Below, piece by piece: positions 23,936 to 32,000 of a stretch of 32,000 bases of DNA. The notes beneath the pieces were generated by a model. That model made no database searches. It saw nothing but the letters and a program-made list of their open reading frames with translations, and had not been told where the DNA came from. Within the stretch, counting starts at the first letter, position 1, and each line of letters starts with the position of its first letter. A program made the translations under genes and the position numbers. The DNA comes from Candidatus Brocadia sp. (GTDB lineage: Bacteria; Planctomycetota; Brocadiia; Brocadiales; Brocadiaceae): positions 60,001-92,000 of the forward strand of contig CP091279.1 in assembly GCA_021650915.1 (NCBI GenBank). The letters are read 5' to 3'.

Positions 23936-26668
23936 ATGTCACAAGATGAATCTATAAGAGCTTCAGAGGTGTTAGCAGGGCAAGGGGAAAAGGTTTTATT
24001 GCCGGCGCTTGATCTCTTGGAACATATAAGTGAACCGATAGGCAAGTATCCATACCAGGGATGGGAGTCCTTGTATCGCGAACAACTGGATTATGACTAT
24101 TTTGGCAGAACGACTCACTCGGTGAATTGCACCGGCTCTTGTACCTGGAAGGTTTACGTTAAAAACAACATAGCGTTTAAGGAAGAACAGTATGCGGATT
24201 ACCCCGATATCAATGCGAGTCTTCCCACATATAATCCCCGGGGATGCCAGAAAGGCGCTAACTACAAAGAATATGTATACGGTCCCCAGCGCTTGAAGTA
24301 TCCTCTGATGCGAGCAGGCGCCCGTGGCGAAGGAAAATGGAGAAAAGCCTCATGGGAAGAGGCTACGAGTTATATCGCAAACAAAATGGTCAATGCCATA
24401 TCCAACTACGGTCCTGACACCGTGACATTCTATTCGGCTAATCCTGCCAAGTTTGCGATTACGTATACCGGAGGGGTAAGGCTGGCGAACTTGATTGGCG
24501 CCGTGGTATGCAGCTTCTATGACTGGGTATCTGACCTGCCTCCGGGCGAACCCATAACCTGGGGTGTACAGACCGACTCCTGTGAGGCGGCTGATTGGTT
24601 TAACTCAAAATACATCATCGTGTGGGGGTCAAACATCCTGGAAACACGCATCCCTGATGCCCATTTCCTGACCGAGGCACGAATGCACGGAACCAGGATC
24701 GTAGCCATCTTCCCGGAATACAACCCGACTTCAATCCATGCCGACATGTATGTCCCTGTAAAGCCTGGCACTGACTGCGCTCTGGCTTTGTGTATGGCAA
24801 ATGTGATCATGAACGAAAAGCTTTACGATGAGACTTATATAAAACAGTACACCGACATGCCCATACTCGTCAGGATGGATAGCGGGAAGTTTCTCAGGGA
24901 AAATGATATGGTACAGGACGGGAGTCCGGATAAATTTTACGTCTGGGATCTGAGTCTTGATAGACCTGCTCTTGTGCCCGGTACCAAGGGAACGCTGAAT
25001 ACGATCGGCTGGACATTGAATCTGGGTTCAATGAACCCGGCCCTCGAAGGAACATTCACAATCAACACCCTGTCTGGCGAGATAAAGGTAACTACGGTTT
25101 TTTCCTTGCTCAAACAGAAACTCGCAACGTATGATCCTCCGCACGTATCTGTCATTACGGGTGTGGATGCCGACCTTGTCACACAGATAGCCCGCGAATT
25201 TGCAAAGACAAAACCCGCCAGGATTATCGGGGGCGCCGGAACAAACCATCATTATCATAATGACCTCATGAGCCGAAGCCATATACTGCTTGCAGCCATG
25301 ACGGGAAATGTCGGAATACAGGGCGGGGGCTTCGACTACTATGTAGGACAGGAGAGATTCTGGCCCGAAGATGGGTTCGTAAAGCTTGCGTATCCGCTCG
25401 GTCGATCAAAACAGCGGTTCCAGCCCACGACGCTCTGGACATATGTACATGCGCATATTGCCTCCGAGGTTAATAATCTCTGGCCGCGCCCCATGATAGA
25501 TTATATACGTGAAAGCGTGAGCAACGGCTGGATGCCACTCTATCCAGAAGGGACTCTCGACAACGGCAAGTCGCCCAAGGTTCTTATTATATGGGGAGCC
25601 AATTACCTAAACCAGGCGAAGGGATTTGAATCCATATTGACAAATCTTTGGCCAAAGCTCGATCTTATTGTGGATATCGACTTCCGCATGAATACAACGG
25701 GGTTGTATGCAGATGTGATTCTGCCGGCCGCCAGTATGTTTGAGAAGTGGGACCTCAGTGTTACCGATCTTCATTCATACATTAACCCCTTTACACCCAT
25801 TATCGAACCGCAGATGGATAGCAAAACTGATTGGCAGATCTGGCAGCTTTTGGCTAAAGCGCTACAGGATACAAAGTTCTCTTTTACCGATATATTGCCG
25901 GGCGGAATCACGCTTACCCGCGATTTTTCGACACTGGTGAACGATTTTACCGAAAATGGCAGTCTTGCATCAGACAAGAGCGCGGGGCAGTGTATCCTGG
26001 ATAATGCAGTGGAAACGAAAGGCATGACTATGGATGGAATTAACCAACAGCCCAGACGCTTTGTGGCTACACATGAGGAAAGGACAAGTGATATAAAGGA
26101 AGGTGTCGCGTACTACGGTTTTCAAAGGATGTATGAACTGAAACGACCTCTCTCCACGCTGACCGGACGTCAACAATTCTATATCGACCATCAGTGGTTC
26201 CTCGATTTTGGTGAACAATTGCCCGCATACAAACCGCCGGTTGATGAGGATAAATATCCGCTTCGCTGGAACACTCCGCATGGCCGCTGGAGTATTCATT
26301 CTGTATGGCGGGATGCAAAGTATCAGTTGCGACTTCAGAGAGGGCGTCCTATCGTGCATCTGAATCCAGCCGAAGCTCAGGCTCGTAGCCTGGCTGACAA
26401 TGATGCAATTGAAATTTATAACGACCACGGAAAGATAGTTGCCCAACTTTGTATTTCTCAACGGATACCGGCAGGCATGGCTCATATGTATCATGGTTGG
26501 GAACGTTATAATTTCGAAAAAGGGGGATTCCAGAGTCCAACAACGATCCGCATGAAACCGACACAACTTGTCGGTGGCTATGGACAGCTTGAGTTCCGGT
26601 TTAACTATTGGGGTCCAACTGCAAGCCAAAGGGATACTCGCGTCAATATTCGTAAATACATTTCCTAG
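23936..26668 (+). CDS. Molybdopterin oxidoreductase catalytic alpha subunit, type II DMSO-reductase family (NarG/EbdA/SerA/DdhA/PcrA-like)
   Basis: 910 aa. The FS0 motif HSVNCTGSCTWKVYVKNN...NPRGCQKG (H-x3-C-x3-C...C) is present. SFYDWVSDLPPGEP matches the NarG YDWYCDLPP segment that carries the Asp molybdenum ligand. An in-frame TGA at 23930-23932 prevents any longer N-terminus, and there is no twin-arginine motif. Confidence 0.9.
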   Translation: MSQDESIRASEVLAGQGEKVLLPALDLLEHISEPIGKYPYQGWESLYREQLDYDYFGRTTHSVNCTGSCTWKVYVKNNIAFKEEQYADYPDINASLPTYNPRGCQKGANYKEYVYGPQRLKYPLMRAGARGEGKWRKASWEEATSYIANKMVNAISNYGPDTVTFYSANPAKFAITYTGGVRLANLIGAVVCSFYDWVSDLPPGEPITWGVQTDSCEAADWFNSKYIIVWGSNILETRIPDAHFLTEARMHGTRIVAIFPEYNPTSIHADMYVPVKPGTDCALALCMANVIMNEKLYDETYIKQYTDMPILVRMDSGKFLRENDMVQDGSPDKFYVWDLSLDRPALVPGTKGTLNTIGWTLNLGSMNPALEGTFTINTLSGEIKVTTVFSLLKQKLATYDPPHVSVITGVDADLVTQIAREFAKTKPARIIGGAGTNHHYHNDLMSRSHILLAAMTGNVGIQGGGFDYYVGQERFWPEDGFVKLAYPLGRSKQRFQPTTLWTYVHAHIASEVNNLWPRPMIDYIRESVSNGWMPLYPEGTLDNGKSPKVLIIWGANYLNQAKGFESILTNLWPKLDLIVDIDFRMNTTGLYADVILPAASMFEKWDLSVTDLHSYINPFTPIIEPQMDSKTDWQIWQLLAKALQDTKFSFTDILPGGITLTRDFSTLVNDFTENGSLASDKSAGQCILDNAVETKGMTMDGINQQPRRFVATHEERTSDIKEGVAYYGFQRMYELKRPLSTLTGRQQFYIDHQWFLDFGEQLPAYKPPVDEDKYPLRWNTPHGRWSIHSVWRDAKYQLRLQRGRPIVHLNPAEAQARSLADNDAIEIYNDHGKIVAQLCISQRIPAGMAHMYHGWERYNFEKGGFQSPTTIRMKPTQLVGGYGQLEFRFNYWGPTASQRDTRVNIRKYIS

Positions 26669-26681
26669 GAGGTAGAGTTCC

Positions 26682-27716
26682 TTGCCGATAATGAAACAGA
26701 TAAGGATGGTGGCCGATCTCAATAAGTGCCTCGGATGCCAGACGTGTACAATGTCATGCAAAACGATGTGGACGGATAGAAACCAGGGACAAACACATAT
26801 GTACTGGATTAATGTGGAAACCAGGCCCGGCAAGGGATATCCAAAAAACTGGGAAACCCAGGGCGGCTGGTTTACTGCTGACAGAAACAACATTCCCCTT
26901 CCTAATATCAACGAGGATTATGGCGCTCCGTGGGAATATAACCATCATGAAGTACTGAAAACGGAGGGCGGAGACTCCCAGGCTTCAAATTTAATTCCGT
27001 CCCCCGTGCCTTCCGGAAGTAATGCTTATGCCAGCAACTGGGATGAGGATGTTGGCAAGGGGACATTCCCGAATTCCTATTATTTCTATCTGCCTCGTAT
27101 CTGCAACCATTGTACCGATCCACCCTGTTTGGAGGCCTGCCCGCGCCAGGCGATTTATAAACGCAAGGAAGATGGGATTGTCTTGATCGATCCGAAGAGA
27201 TGCAGAGGCTACCGCTATTGTATTAAAGGGTGTCCTTATAAGAAGATCTACTACAACCCGGTAGAAAAGATATCTCAGAAGTGTATCTTCTGTTATCCCA
27301 GGATCGAGCAACGGAAAGGAAATTTCTGTGCAGCCCAGTGTGTAGGCCGCATATACTGGGTTGGCTATGCCGAGGATGCCAACAGCAACGTCTATAAACT
27401 GGTGAACAAATGGAAGGTAGCCTTACGGCTTCATCCTGAATACAAAACCGAACCGAACGTGTTTTATATTCCGCCTCTTAGCCCACCGACGTATTCATTT
27501 GCGGGTAAGCTGACCACAAGTCCACGCATCCCTATTGAGATGTTGGCAAAAATGTTCGGAGATACGTACGATCAGAGCTATGATCAACGAGTCGCCCGTA
27601 TCAGGCAAATCTCTGACATTATCCAAAGTGAGCGGGAGAAGGTCTCGTCTGGAGGCAGTTCGGAATTGATTGATATATTAATTTCACGTTCAGAGACAGA
27701 ACGGTTTCAATTATGA
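26682..27716 (+). CDS. Iron-sulfur beta subunit (NarH/EbdB-like, 4 Fe-S clusters)
   Basis: 344 aa. Cys clusters present are CLGCQTCTMSCK, CNHCTDPPCLEACP, CRGYRYCIKGCP and CIFCYPR. RBS AGGAGG precedes the TTG start at 26682. An ATG at 26691 is the alternative. Confidence 0.9.
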   Translation: MPIMKQIRMVADLNKCLGCQTCTMSCKTMWTDRNQGQTHMYWINVETRPGKGYPKNWETQGGWFTADRNNIPLPNINEDYGAPWEYNHHEVLKTEGGDSQASNLIPSPVPSGSNAYASNWDEDVGKGTFPNSYYFYLPRICNHCTDPPCLEACPRQAIYKRKEDGIVLIDPKRCRGYRYCIKGCPYKKIYYNPVEKISQKCIFCYPRIEQRKGNFCAAQCVGRIYWVGYAEDANSNVYKLVNKWKVALRLHPEYKTEPNVFYIPPLSPPTYSFAGKLTTSPRIPIEMLAKMFGDTYDQSYDQRVARIRQISDIIQSEREKVSSGGSSELIDILISRSETERFQL

Positions 27717-27735
27717 ACAGGAGGCTGCTTTAATC

Positions 27736-28395
27736 ATGGCCATCCATAACCTCAGTGGCTCTTCGAGAGCTATTACAGCCGTATTTGTACCCGGGCCAAT
27801 AACCATCAACCTGGCAGACCCTGCATGGGCTCATGCCCAGGAAATGACCATTAGTCTCAGCAGGAGACTTCATGAATCAGGCGCGAGACTGCCATCCGAG
27901 GCAGAAAAGAGCAGGGATGTTAAAATAAAAGTGGTGCACAATGCCACGGATATCTTTTTTCTATGCCAGTGGAAGCAGAGCACGGCACATATTACGGTAG
28001 ATGATTACACCCTTTTTGCCGATGCCTTTGCCATAGAAATCCCCCTCATCACAGAAGAGAGCCCTCTCTGGATGGGCGCCGCGGATAAACCGGTAAACAT
28101 AATTTATTGGAGGGCGGATCTGCCTGGTCCTGAGAATATTGTTGGTGGCGGCATAGGCACTACTCAGAAGAGCCCGGATGCAGTCTCTCAGAACATCAGG
28201 CATTTCCAACGATGGGCCAATGGGGTGTGGAGTCTGATTATAACCCGACCTATGGCCGCTTCCTCGAATAACCAGGTCTCTTTTGCAAGGGGTGGCAGTT
28301 ACAGAGTAGCCTTTGCCAACTGGAAGGGTGGAATCGATGCCGAACGAGGGGGCAACAAAATTGTCTCAGATTGGCAACATCTTTCCATCAGATGA
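27736..28395 (+). CDS. Heme-b gamma subunit (EbdC/DdhC/SerC/NxrC-like)
   Basis: 219 aa. PLWMGAADKPVNIIYWRAD (candidate Met ligand) and ERGGNKIVSDW (candidate Lys ligand) match the Met/Lys heme-b ligation pattern of the EbdC family. The N-terminus runs directly into the domain (ITINLADPAWAHAQE) with no convincing signal peptide. RBS AGGAGG is present. Confidence 0.7.
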   Translation: MAIHNLSGSSRAITAVFVPGPITINLADPAWAHAQEMTISLSRRLHESGARLPSEAEKSRDVKIKVVHNATDIFFLCQWKQSTAHITVDDYTLFADAFAIEIPLITEESPLWMGAADKPVNIIYWRADLPGPENIVGGGIGTTQKSPDAVSQNIRHFQRWANGVWSLIITRPMAASSNNQVSFARGGSYRVAFANWKGGIDAERGGNKIVSDWQHLSIR

Positions 28396-28476
28396 TGCTT
28401 TAAATTCAACCAATTGGAGGAAATTGGAGGGGGTCAGCTTCCAACCTGCCAATCCTGATTGCATCCGGAGTAATTA

Positions 28477-29169
28477 ATGTCCCAAATATCATCGTTTCCA
28501 ATCAGCACAGAGCCAGCTATACGGAGCAATCTTTACAAATTATTTTCTCTTGGATTCCGTTATCCTGTTCCGGAGGTTTTCAAGACGTTTCAAAATGGGA
28601 CCTATTTAAAAAACCTGTGGGATAACATAAACGCTCTTCCCCATCTTAAAACGATTCATGTCCAACAGTTTGAATTAAGCGGGAAAGTTCAAGGCAGTCT
28701 GGGGGGGGTTAGCTTCGAAGACTTTGTGATAAAGTACGTCAGTACCTTTGATATTGGAACCCCAGAACCGCCCTGCCCGCCTTATGAAGGATTTTATCGA
28801 TCAGAATCGAGGGCCGCCCTCATGCTCAGCATAAGCAAATTTTATAAACATTTTGACCTGATTATGAGTAAAAAAGAAGGGAGGCGTGAACTTCCCGATT
28901 ATCTTTGTGCAGAGCTGGAATTCCTCCATTTCCTGACCTTTAAAGAGACACAGGCCAAAATTGACGGAAATCCGGAATTTTTGAGGGGGTACCTTCTGGC
29001 GCAAAAAGATTTTCTTGAACGGCACTTGATACAATGGATACCAAAATTTTGCGAATCTCTTCAAAATTCGGCCAGGGTGCCATTTTACGCTTTGCTTGCC
29101 AGGATCACCTCAATGTTTATCACCGGTGAGCTTGAACGGGTAACTTCAAAGGTAACGATGTTCAGCTAA
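28477..29169 (+). CDS. TorD/NarJ-family redox-enzyme maturation chaperone (delta subunit)
   Basis: 230 aa. YKLFSLGFRYP, PPYEGFY and ELPDYLCAELEFLHFL match the NarJ/TorD (nitrate reductase delta) family pattern. Confidence 0.75.
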   Translation: MSQISSFPISTEPAIRSNLYKLFSLGFRYPVPEVFKTFQNGTYLKNLWDNINALPHLKTIHVQQFELSGKVQGSLGGVSFEDFVIKYVSTFDIGTPEPPCPPYEGFYRSESRAALMLSISKFYKHFDLIMSKKEGRRELPDYLCAELEFLHFLTFKETQAKIDGNPEFLRGYLLAQKDFLERHLIQWIPKFCESLQNSARVPFYALLARITSMFITGELERVTSKVTMFS

Positions 29170-29249
29170 AAATAGGAACGGGGTTGAAACGAATGGTTGG
29201 ATATACAGAGTTGATATTAATGATTTCCGAACTGTTGGAAGGATACACT

Positions 29250-30611
29250 TTAAACTCTTTTCATAGAGATCTTTCCGATAAGCCATAAGCAGCCTATGAT
29301 CACTATGCCACTCATTATATAAGCGCATAAAAACAGATTCTTTCTGATGGTCACTGGTTCACCAGTCAATGAAGTAAATAAACTTGGCTCTGAGACAACG
29401 AGTAACGAGGCACGTACAAATACCCCTGCGATGATAGCGATACAAAAGCCTAATACAAAAGGCTGGAATATACTTGTGTATGGAGGCAAAAACCAGCAGT
29501 CAGCTTGCCGCTGAAAATTTTTGTAATCAATCTCGCTGTTGTTTTTTCTAAACTCCTCCCGGAATGAGATGTACAAACTGTTGTTCTTTTGAAGCGTAGT
29601 CGTAACGGACACCAGCAAACCTGCCATAAGGATAGGAAATACCTTGATGAGATCAGGTAGTTCCGCAGGAATACGTCCAAAGGGTGATTCAAGCGAGCTA
29701 AGCCGGGAATCCAATTTATCTTTGCCTTCTTGCAATTTCGTCATATCATTATTCATCTTATCCAGTTCTTCTTTTTGCGCCCTTACGGCCTCTTTTAACC
29801 TTCCTACGAGCACGTCAGTCTTCTCCGTCAGCAGACCGAATGACTTTTTTACTTCGTGTCGAAGCTCTTGTGCTACATCTACCTTACCCATTGGACCCGA
29901 ATAACTTTTCCAAAAATTCGGGTTTTCCTTTTCAACCCTATCGATATACCTTTGAATATCCATAATTCCTTGCTGCGTTATTTTCTGCAAATCAATGTCT
30001 CCAACCATATCCGATGTTATTTTTGCCTGCATGATTGGTTCCTCGATCTCTTTCCTGATGTCACTAAGCACTTCATGAAACCACGTTTCAATGTACCAGT
30101 GCACACCATCATTAAATGTGGTAATATCAGAGGGCAGGAAAAACTCCCCAATCTTTACAGAGACAGATTGCTGAACATTCGGCGGCATATTAGCGAAAAG
30201 TTGCTGGGTATCAATTGATTGTTGTACAGGGGCAGACCGCTGGGCGTGTGTTGATTGCCCTGATGTGTTAGAAGATGAATCAGAATGAAAGACATTCCAG
30301 AGATCTGACAATATTTCTCTCAGATGTTGCGGAAAACTCTTTATCTTGTTTTCAATGTTAGCCTGACTTGTCCTGATATTTTGGCCGAGGTTTATCATGC
30401 GCTCAGACTGACCAGTTAGTTGATCAAACTGAAATTTCTTTTCCTCTAATGATTTTTTTAACTTTGGTTCTTGCTCTTTATATTCAAAATACGGCTCTAT
30501 CACATAAAAATGGGCAATCAAGGCAAAGAGGATGCCTGCACCAAGAAGACGGTTTACCTTATTTTTACACGACCTCAAATCGTCAAAAAGCACATCAAGC
30601 AATTGCGACAC
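29250..30611 (-). CDS. Hypothetical membrane protein with a long coiled-coil region (family not recognised)
   Basis: 453 aa with a GTG start preceded by GGAGA. It has one N-terminal TM (LLGAGILFALIAHFYVI), a central segment of about 300 aa that is Gln/Glu/Lys-rich and coiled-coil-like, and three C-terminal TM segments. It has no co-oriented neighbour. Confidence 0.7.
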   Translation of the reverse strand: MSQLLDVLFDDLRSCKNKVNRLLGAGILFALIAHFYVIEPYFEYKEQEPKLKKSLEEKKFQFDQLTGQSERMINLGQNIRTSQANIENKIKSFPQHLREILSDLWNVFHSDSSSNTSGQSTHAQRSAPVQQSIDTQQLFANMPPNVQQSVSVKIGEFFLPSDITTFNDGVHWYIETWFHEVLSDIRKEIEEPIMQAKITSDMVGDIDLQKITQQGIMDIQRYIDRVEKENPNFWKSYSGPMGKVDVAQELRHEVKKSFGLLTEKTDVLVGRLKEAVRAQKEELDKMNNDMTKLQEGKDKLDSRLSSLESPFGRIPAELPDLIKVFPILMAGLLVSVTTTLQKNNSLYISFREEFRKNNSEIDYKNFQRQADCWFLPPYTSIFQPFVLGFCIAIIAGVFVRASLLVVSEPSLFTSLTGEPVTIRKNLFLCAYIMSGIVIIGCLWLIGKISMKRV

Positions 30612-30655
30612 AGCCTATTCTCCGGATAAAGAAGCGTCCTCAGTTCCATAGTATC

Positions 30656-30772
30656 TATACTCAAGATGCTCATAAAATGTGAATTTTAAATTGATAATAA
30701 GGTGGCATGGACAAACTCTGTTTGTCCGTGCTGAACTACTATAAATCACAAATTGTGAGTCTGTGGAGTATA
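30656..30772 (+). repeat. Repeat family C, copy 3
   Basis: Full-length copy lying 45 nt upstream (minus-strand sense) of the 453-aa gene start. Confidence 0.8.
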
Positions 30773-30834
30773 ACAAAAAACATTTTGGTATTATTGGCAA
30801 AAACATGAAGGCGCCCCCTTTTCTCCTCCTGGCT

Positions 30835-30857
30835 GGTTCAAACTTGTAGTTTGAACC
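30835..30857. repeat. GGTTCAAACT-TGT-AGTTTGAACC palindrome (family E-like)
   Basis: Perfect 10-bp inverted repeat. It shares the GGTTCAA...TTGAACC core with 161-187 and 30923-30946. Confidence 0.55.
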
Positions 30858-30916
30858 ATACGTTTTGCACGTTACCATACATTTTCAACCGGCGCCAATC
30901 TTAGAAAACAGCAAGC

Positions 30917-30955
30917 GTTTCGCTTCAACCGGGGGGCGATTGAACCAGCCGGGCG
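30917..30955. repeat. Family E unit, related to 155-193
   Basis: GTTTCGCTTCAACCGGGGGGCGATTGAACCAGCCGGGCG against GTTTCGGTTCAATCGTGGACGATTGAACCAGCCTGGACG. The stem is partly degenerate. Confidence 0.6.
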
Positions 30956-31391
30956 CCCTTAAATTCTATACGCCATTGCCTTGCCCTGTGGATAAGACAG
31001 CATTAATCAATCGTAGAATCAAGATATTCTAAGCAAGGCATGACCGCTTCGTCTCTTGTCGAACGGAATCTTGGTCTGACGAACAGCGAACAGCGACCAG
31101 GTAGCCGACAGGGGAGAGCGAAGGTTGTGACAATCAAGGCTGATAATGAGTTAAGGGTTGAGTTGTCCATTCATTATTAGTCGTACGAACAGCCGCCATA
31201 TTTTATGGCCATTTGTACACAATAATACGTTTATAGGTAACGTATTTTGTGACTATTTTGACATATAATAAAGTTCACAAAAACCTTGTTAAAAGTATAC
31301 CGTACTTAGCGAAATATACCAATCTATTTTATTTGCTCGTGACAATGTAGTTTCTGGAAAATCCCCATAAAGGTGATGTTTGCTATACAGT

Positions 31392-31461
31392 GTAGGGGCG
31401 AAGCATTTGCTGTAATTGGCATAAACACTTCTATGCCCAAACGGGCGAATGCTTCGCCCCT
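31392..31461. repeat. GTAGGGGCGAAGCATTTGC...GCGAATGCTTCGCCCCT hairpin (family D inner module, solo)
   Basis: Stem with 16 of 17 positions paired and a loop of about 35 nt. It carries the same arm sequence as the inner hairpin of MITE D (11492-11565) but lacks the D TIRs. Confidence 0.7.
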
Positions 31462-31655
31462 GCTTCAAACAAATCTTTTAAACGAAAAAAAGCAATTCAT
31501 TATTCATATCTGAATTCTTGCTTTTCCCTGTACTATTGCATTAAAATGAAAGAGAATTTGCATTCTTATTGAAAACCAAATACTTTTAATTCCACAAATA
31601 TTCTCCTCCCGGGAGGGGATTGTCTGCCTGTTTTTTTTAGCGCCATTTGACCTCC

Positions 31656-32000
31656 ATGAAAGATTTTCTCCGGCTTCTACAGGAACATAAACAATATAAG
31701 GAAATTACCAGAAATCTCCGGGCAGGAAAGGACTGTGTTGTGAACGGCTTATGGGGATCGTCTGCAATGTTTCTTGCCGCGGCGCTGGCGAACGAACGTT
31801 TAAAGAAGGACAAGGCGGCGCCACATCTGCTTTTGGTGGTATCCCATATTGAAGAGGCCGAAAATGATTTTGAAGACCTGAATACCTTTCTGCCACGCCA
31901 TACAAGCCTTTTCCCGGCGATTGAAGATATGTATGGCGCCGATTTTGCCGATAATGCCGATATCCAGACGCAAAGGATCCAGGTGCTCAACCAGATTCTT
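31656..32000 (+). CDS. mfd: Transcription-repair coupling factor, N-terminal part (runs off the window)
   Basis: This open frame is absent from the ORF track because it has no stop. MKDFLRLLQEHKQYKEITRNLRAGKDCVVNGLWGSSAMFLAAALA...LLLVVSHIEEAENDFEDLNTFL...LFPAIE matches the Mfd N-terminal UvrB-homology module. Confidence 0.8.
   Translation, partial: MKDFLRLLQEHKQYKEITRNLRAGKDCVVNGLWGSSAMFLAAALANERLKKDKAAPHLLLVVSHIEEAENDFEDLNTFLPRHTSLFPAIEDMYGADFADNADIQTQRIQVLNQIL

Noticed and set aside
25970-26911. 313-aa ORF on the minus strand
   Set aside because: It is antisense to the 3' end of the molybdoenzyme alpha gene and the start of the beta gene, both of which have strong family signatures. It is a shadow ORF.
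27736-27840. Possible Sec signal peptide on the gamma subunit (AWAHA-QE looks like an AxA cleavage site)
   Set aside because: The putative h-region (AITAVFVPGPITINLA) is weakly hydrophobic and Pro/Gly-rich. The segment aligns better with the first strand and the D-P-x-W motif of the mature EbdC-type domain. It should still be checked with a predictor.
31297-31308. TTGACATATAAT, with perfect -35 and -10 hexamers
   Set aside because: The two hexamers are directly adjacent with no 16-18 nt spacer, so they cannot act together as a sigma-70 promoter.
31637-31990. 117-aa ORF on the minus strand
   Set aside because: It is antisense to the open-ended plus-strand frame that encodes a clear Mfd N-terminus.

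Overview
This is a 32-kb bacterial chromosomal window. I saw no rRNA or tRNA, and I cannot assign the organism from the sequence alone.

**CRISPR end (1-3.6 kb).** The left edge holds the trailer end of a CRISPR array with a 37-nt repeat ending ATTGAGAC. A reverse-transcriptase-Cas1 fusion gene and cas2 follow, which is an adaptation-only module with no effector genes in the window. The module looks damaged or recoded. An in-frame TGA sits inside the Cas1 domain, and the RT catalytic box reads YSDN instead of YxDD.

**Housekeeping genes.** These are bioF, bioB, an unassigned 340-360 aa protein, mobA, bfr, lysC, a glycine-zipper lipoprotein, a DUF4197-like protein, an RND efflux adaptor/permease pair, an MtfA-like M90 peptidase, a ClC channel with CBS and TrkA-C domains, and the 5' end of mfd.

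**Accessory patch (8.4-11.9 kb).** It contains:
- a CARDB-like secreted protein bracketed by direct repeats;
- a chimeric ORF joining a transposase N-terminal fragment to a methyltransferase tail;
- a frameshifted restriction-endonuclease-like gene;
- a small ORF split by a MITE.

**Most interesting coding content.**
- A four-gene type II DMSO-reductase-family operon (alpha, beta, heme-b gamma, TorD/NarJ-like chaperone) that lacks any Tat or Sec signal.
- An adjacent orphan 453-aa coiled-coil membrane protein.

**Repeats.** The window carries at least six families of short palindromic or MITE-like repeats. Several have clear terminal inverted repeats, target-site duplications, nesting and one compensatory base-pair change.
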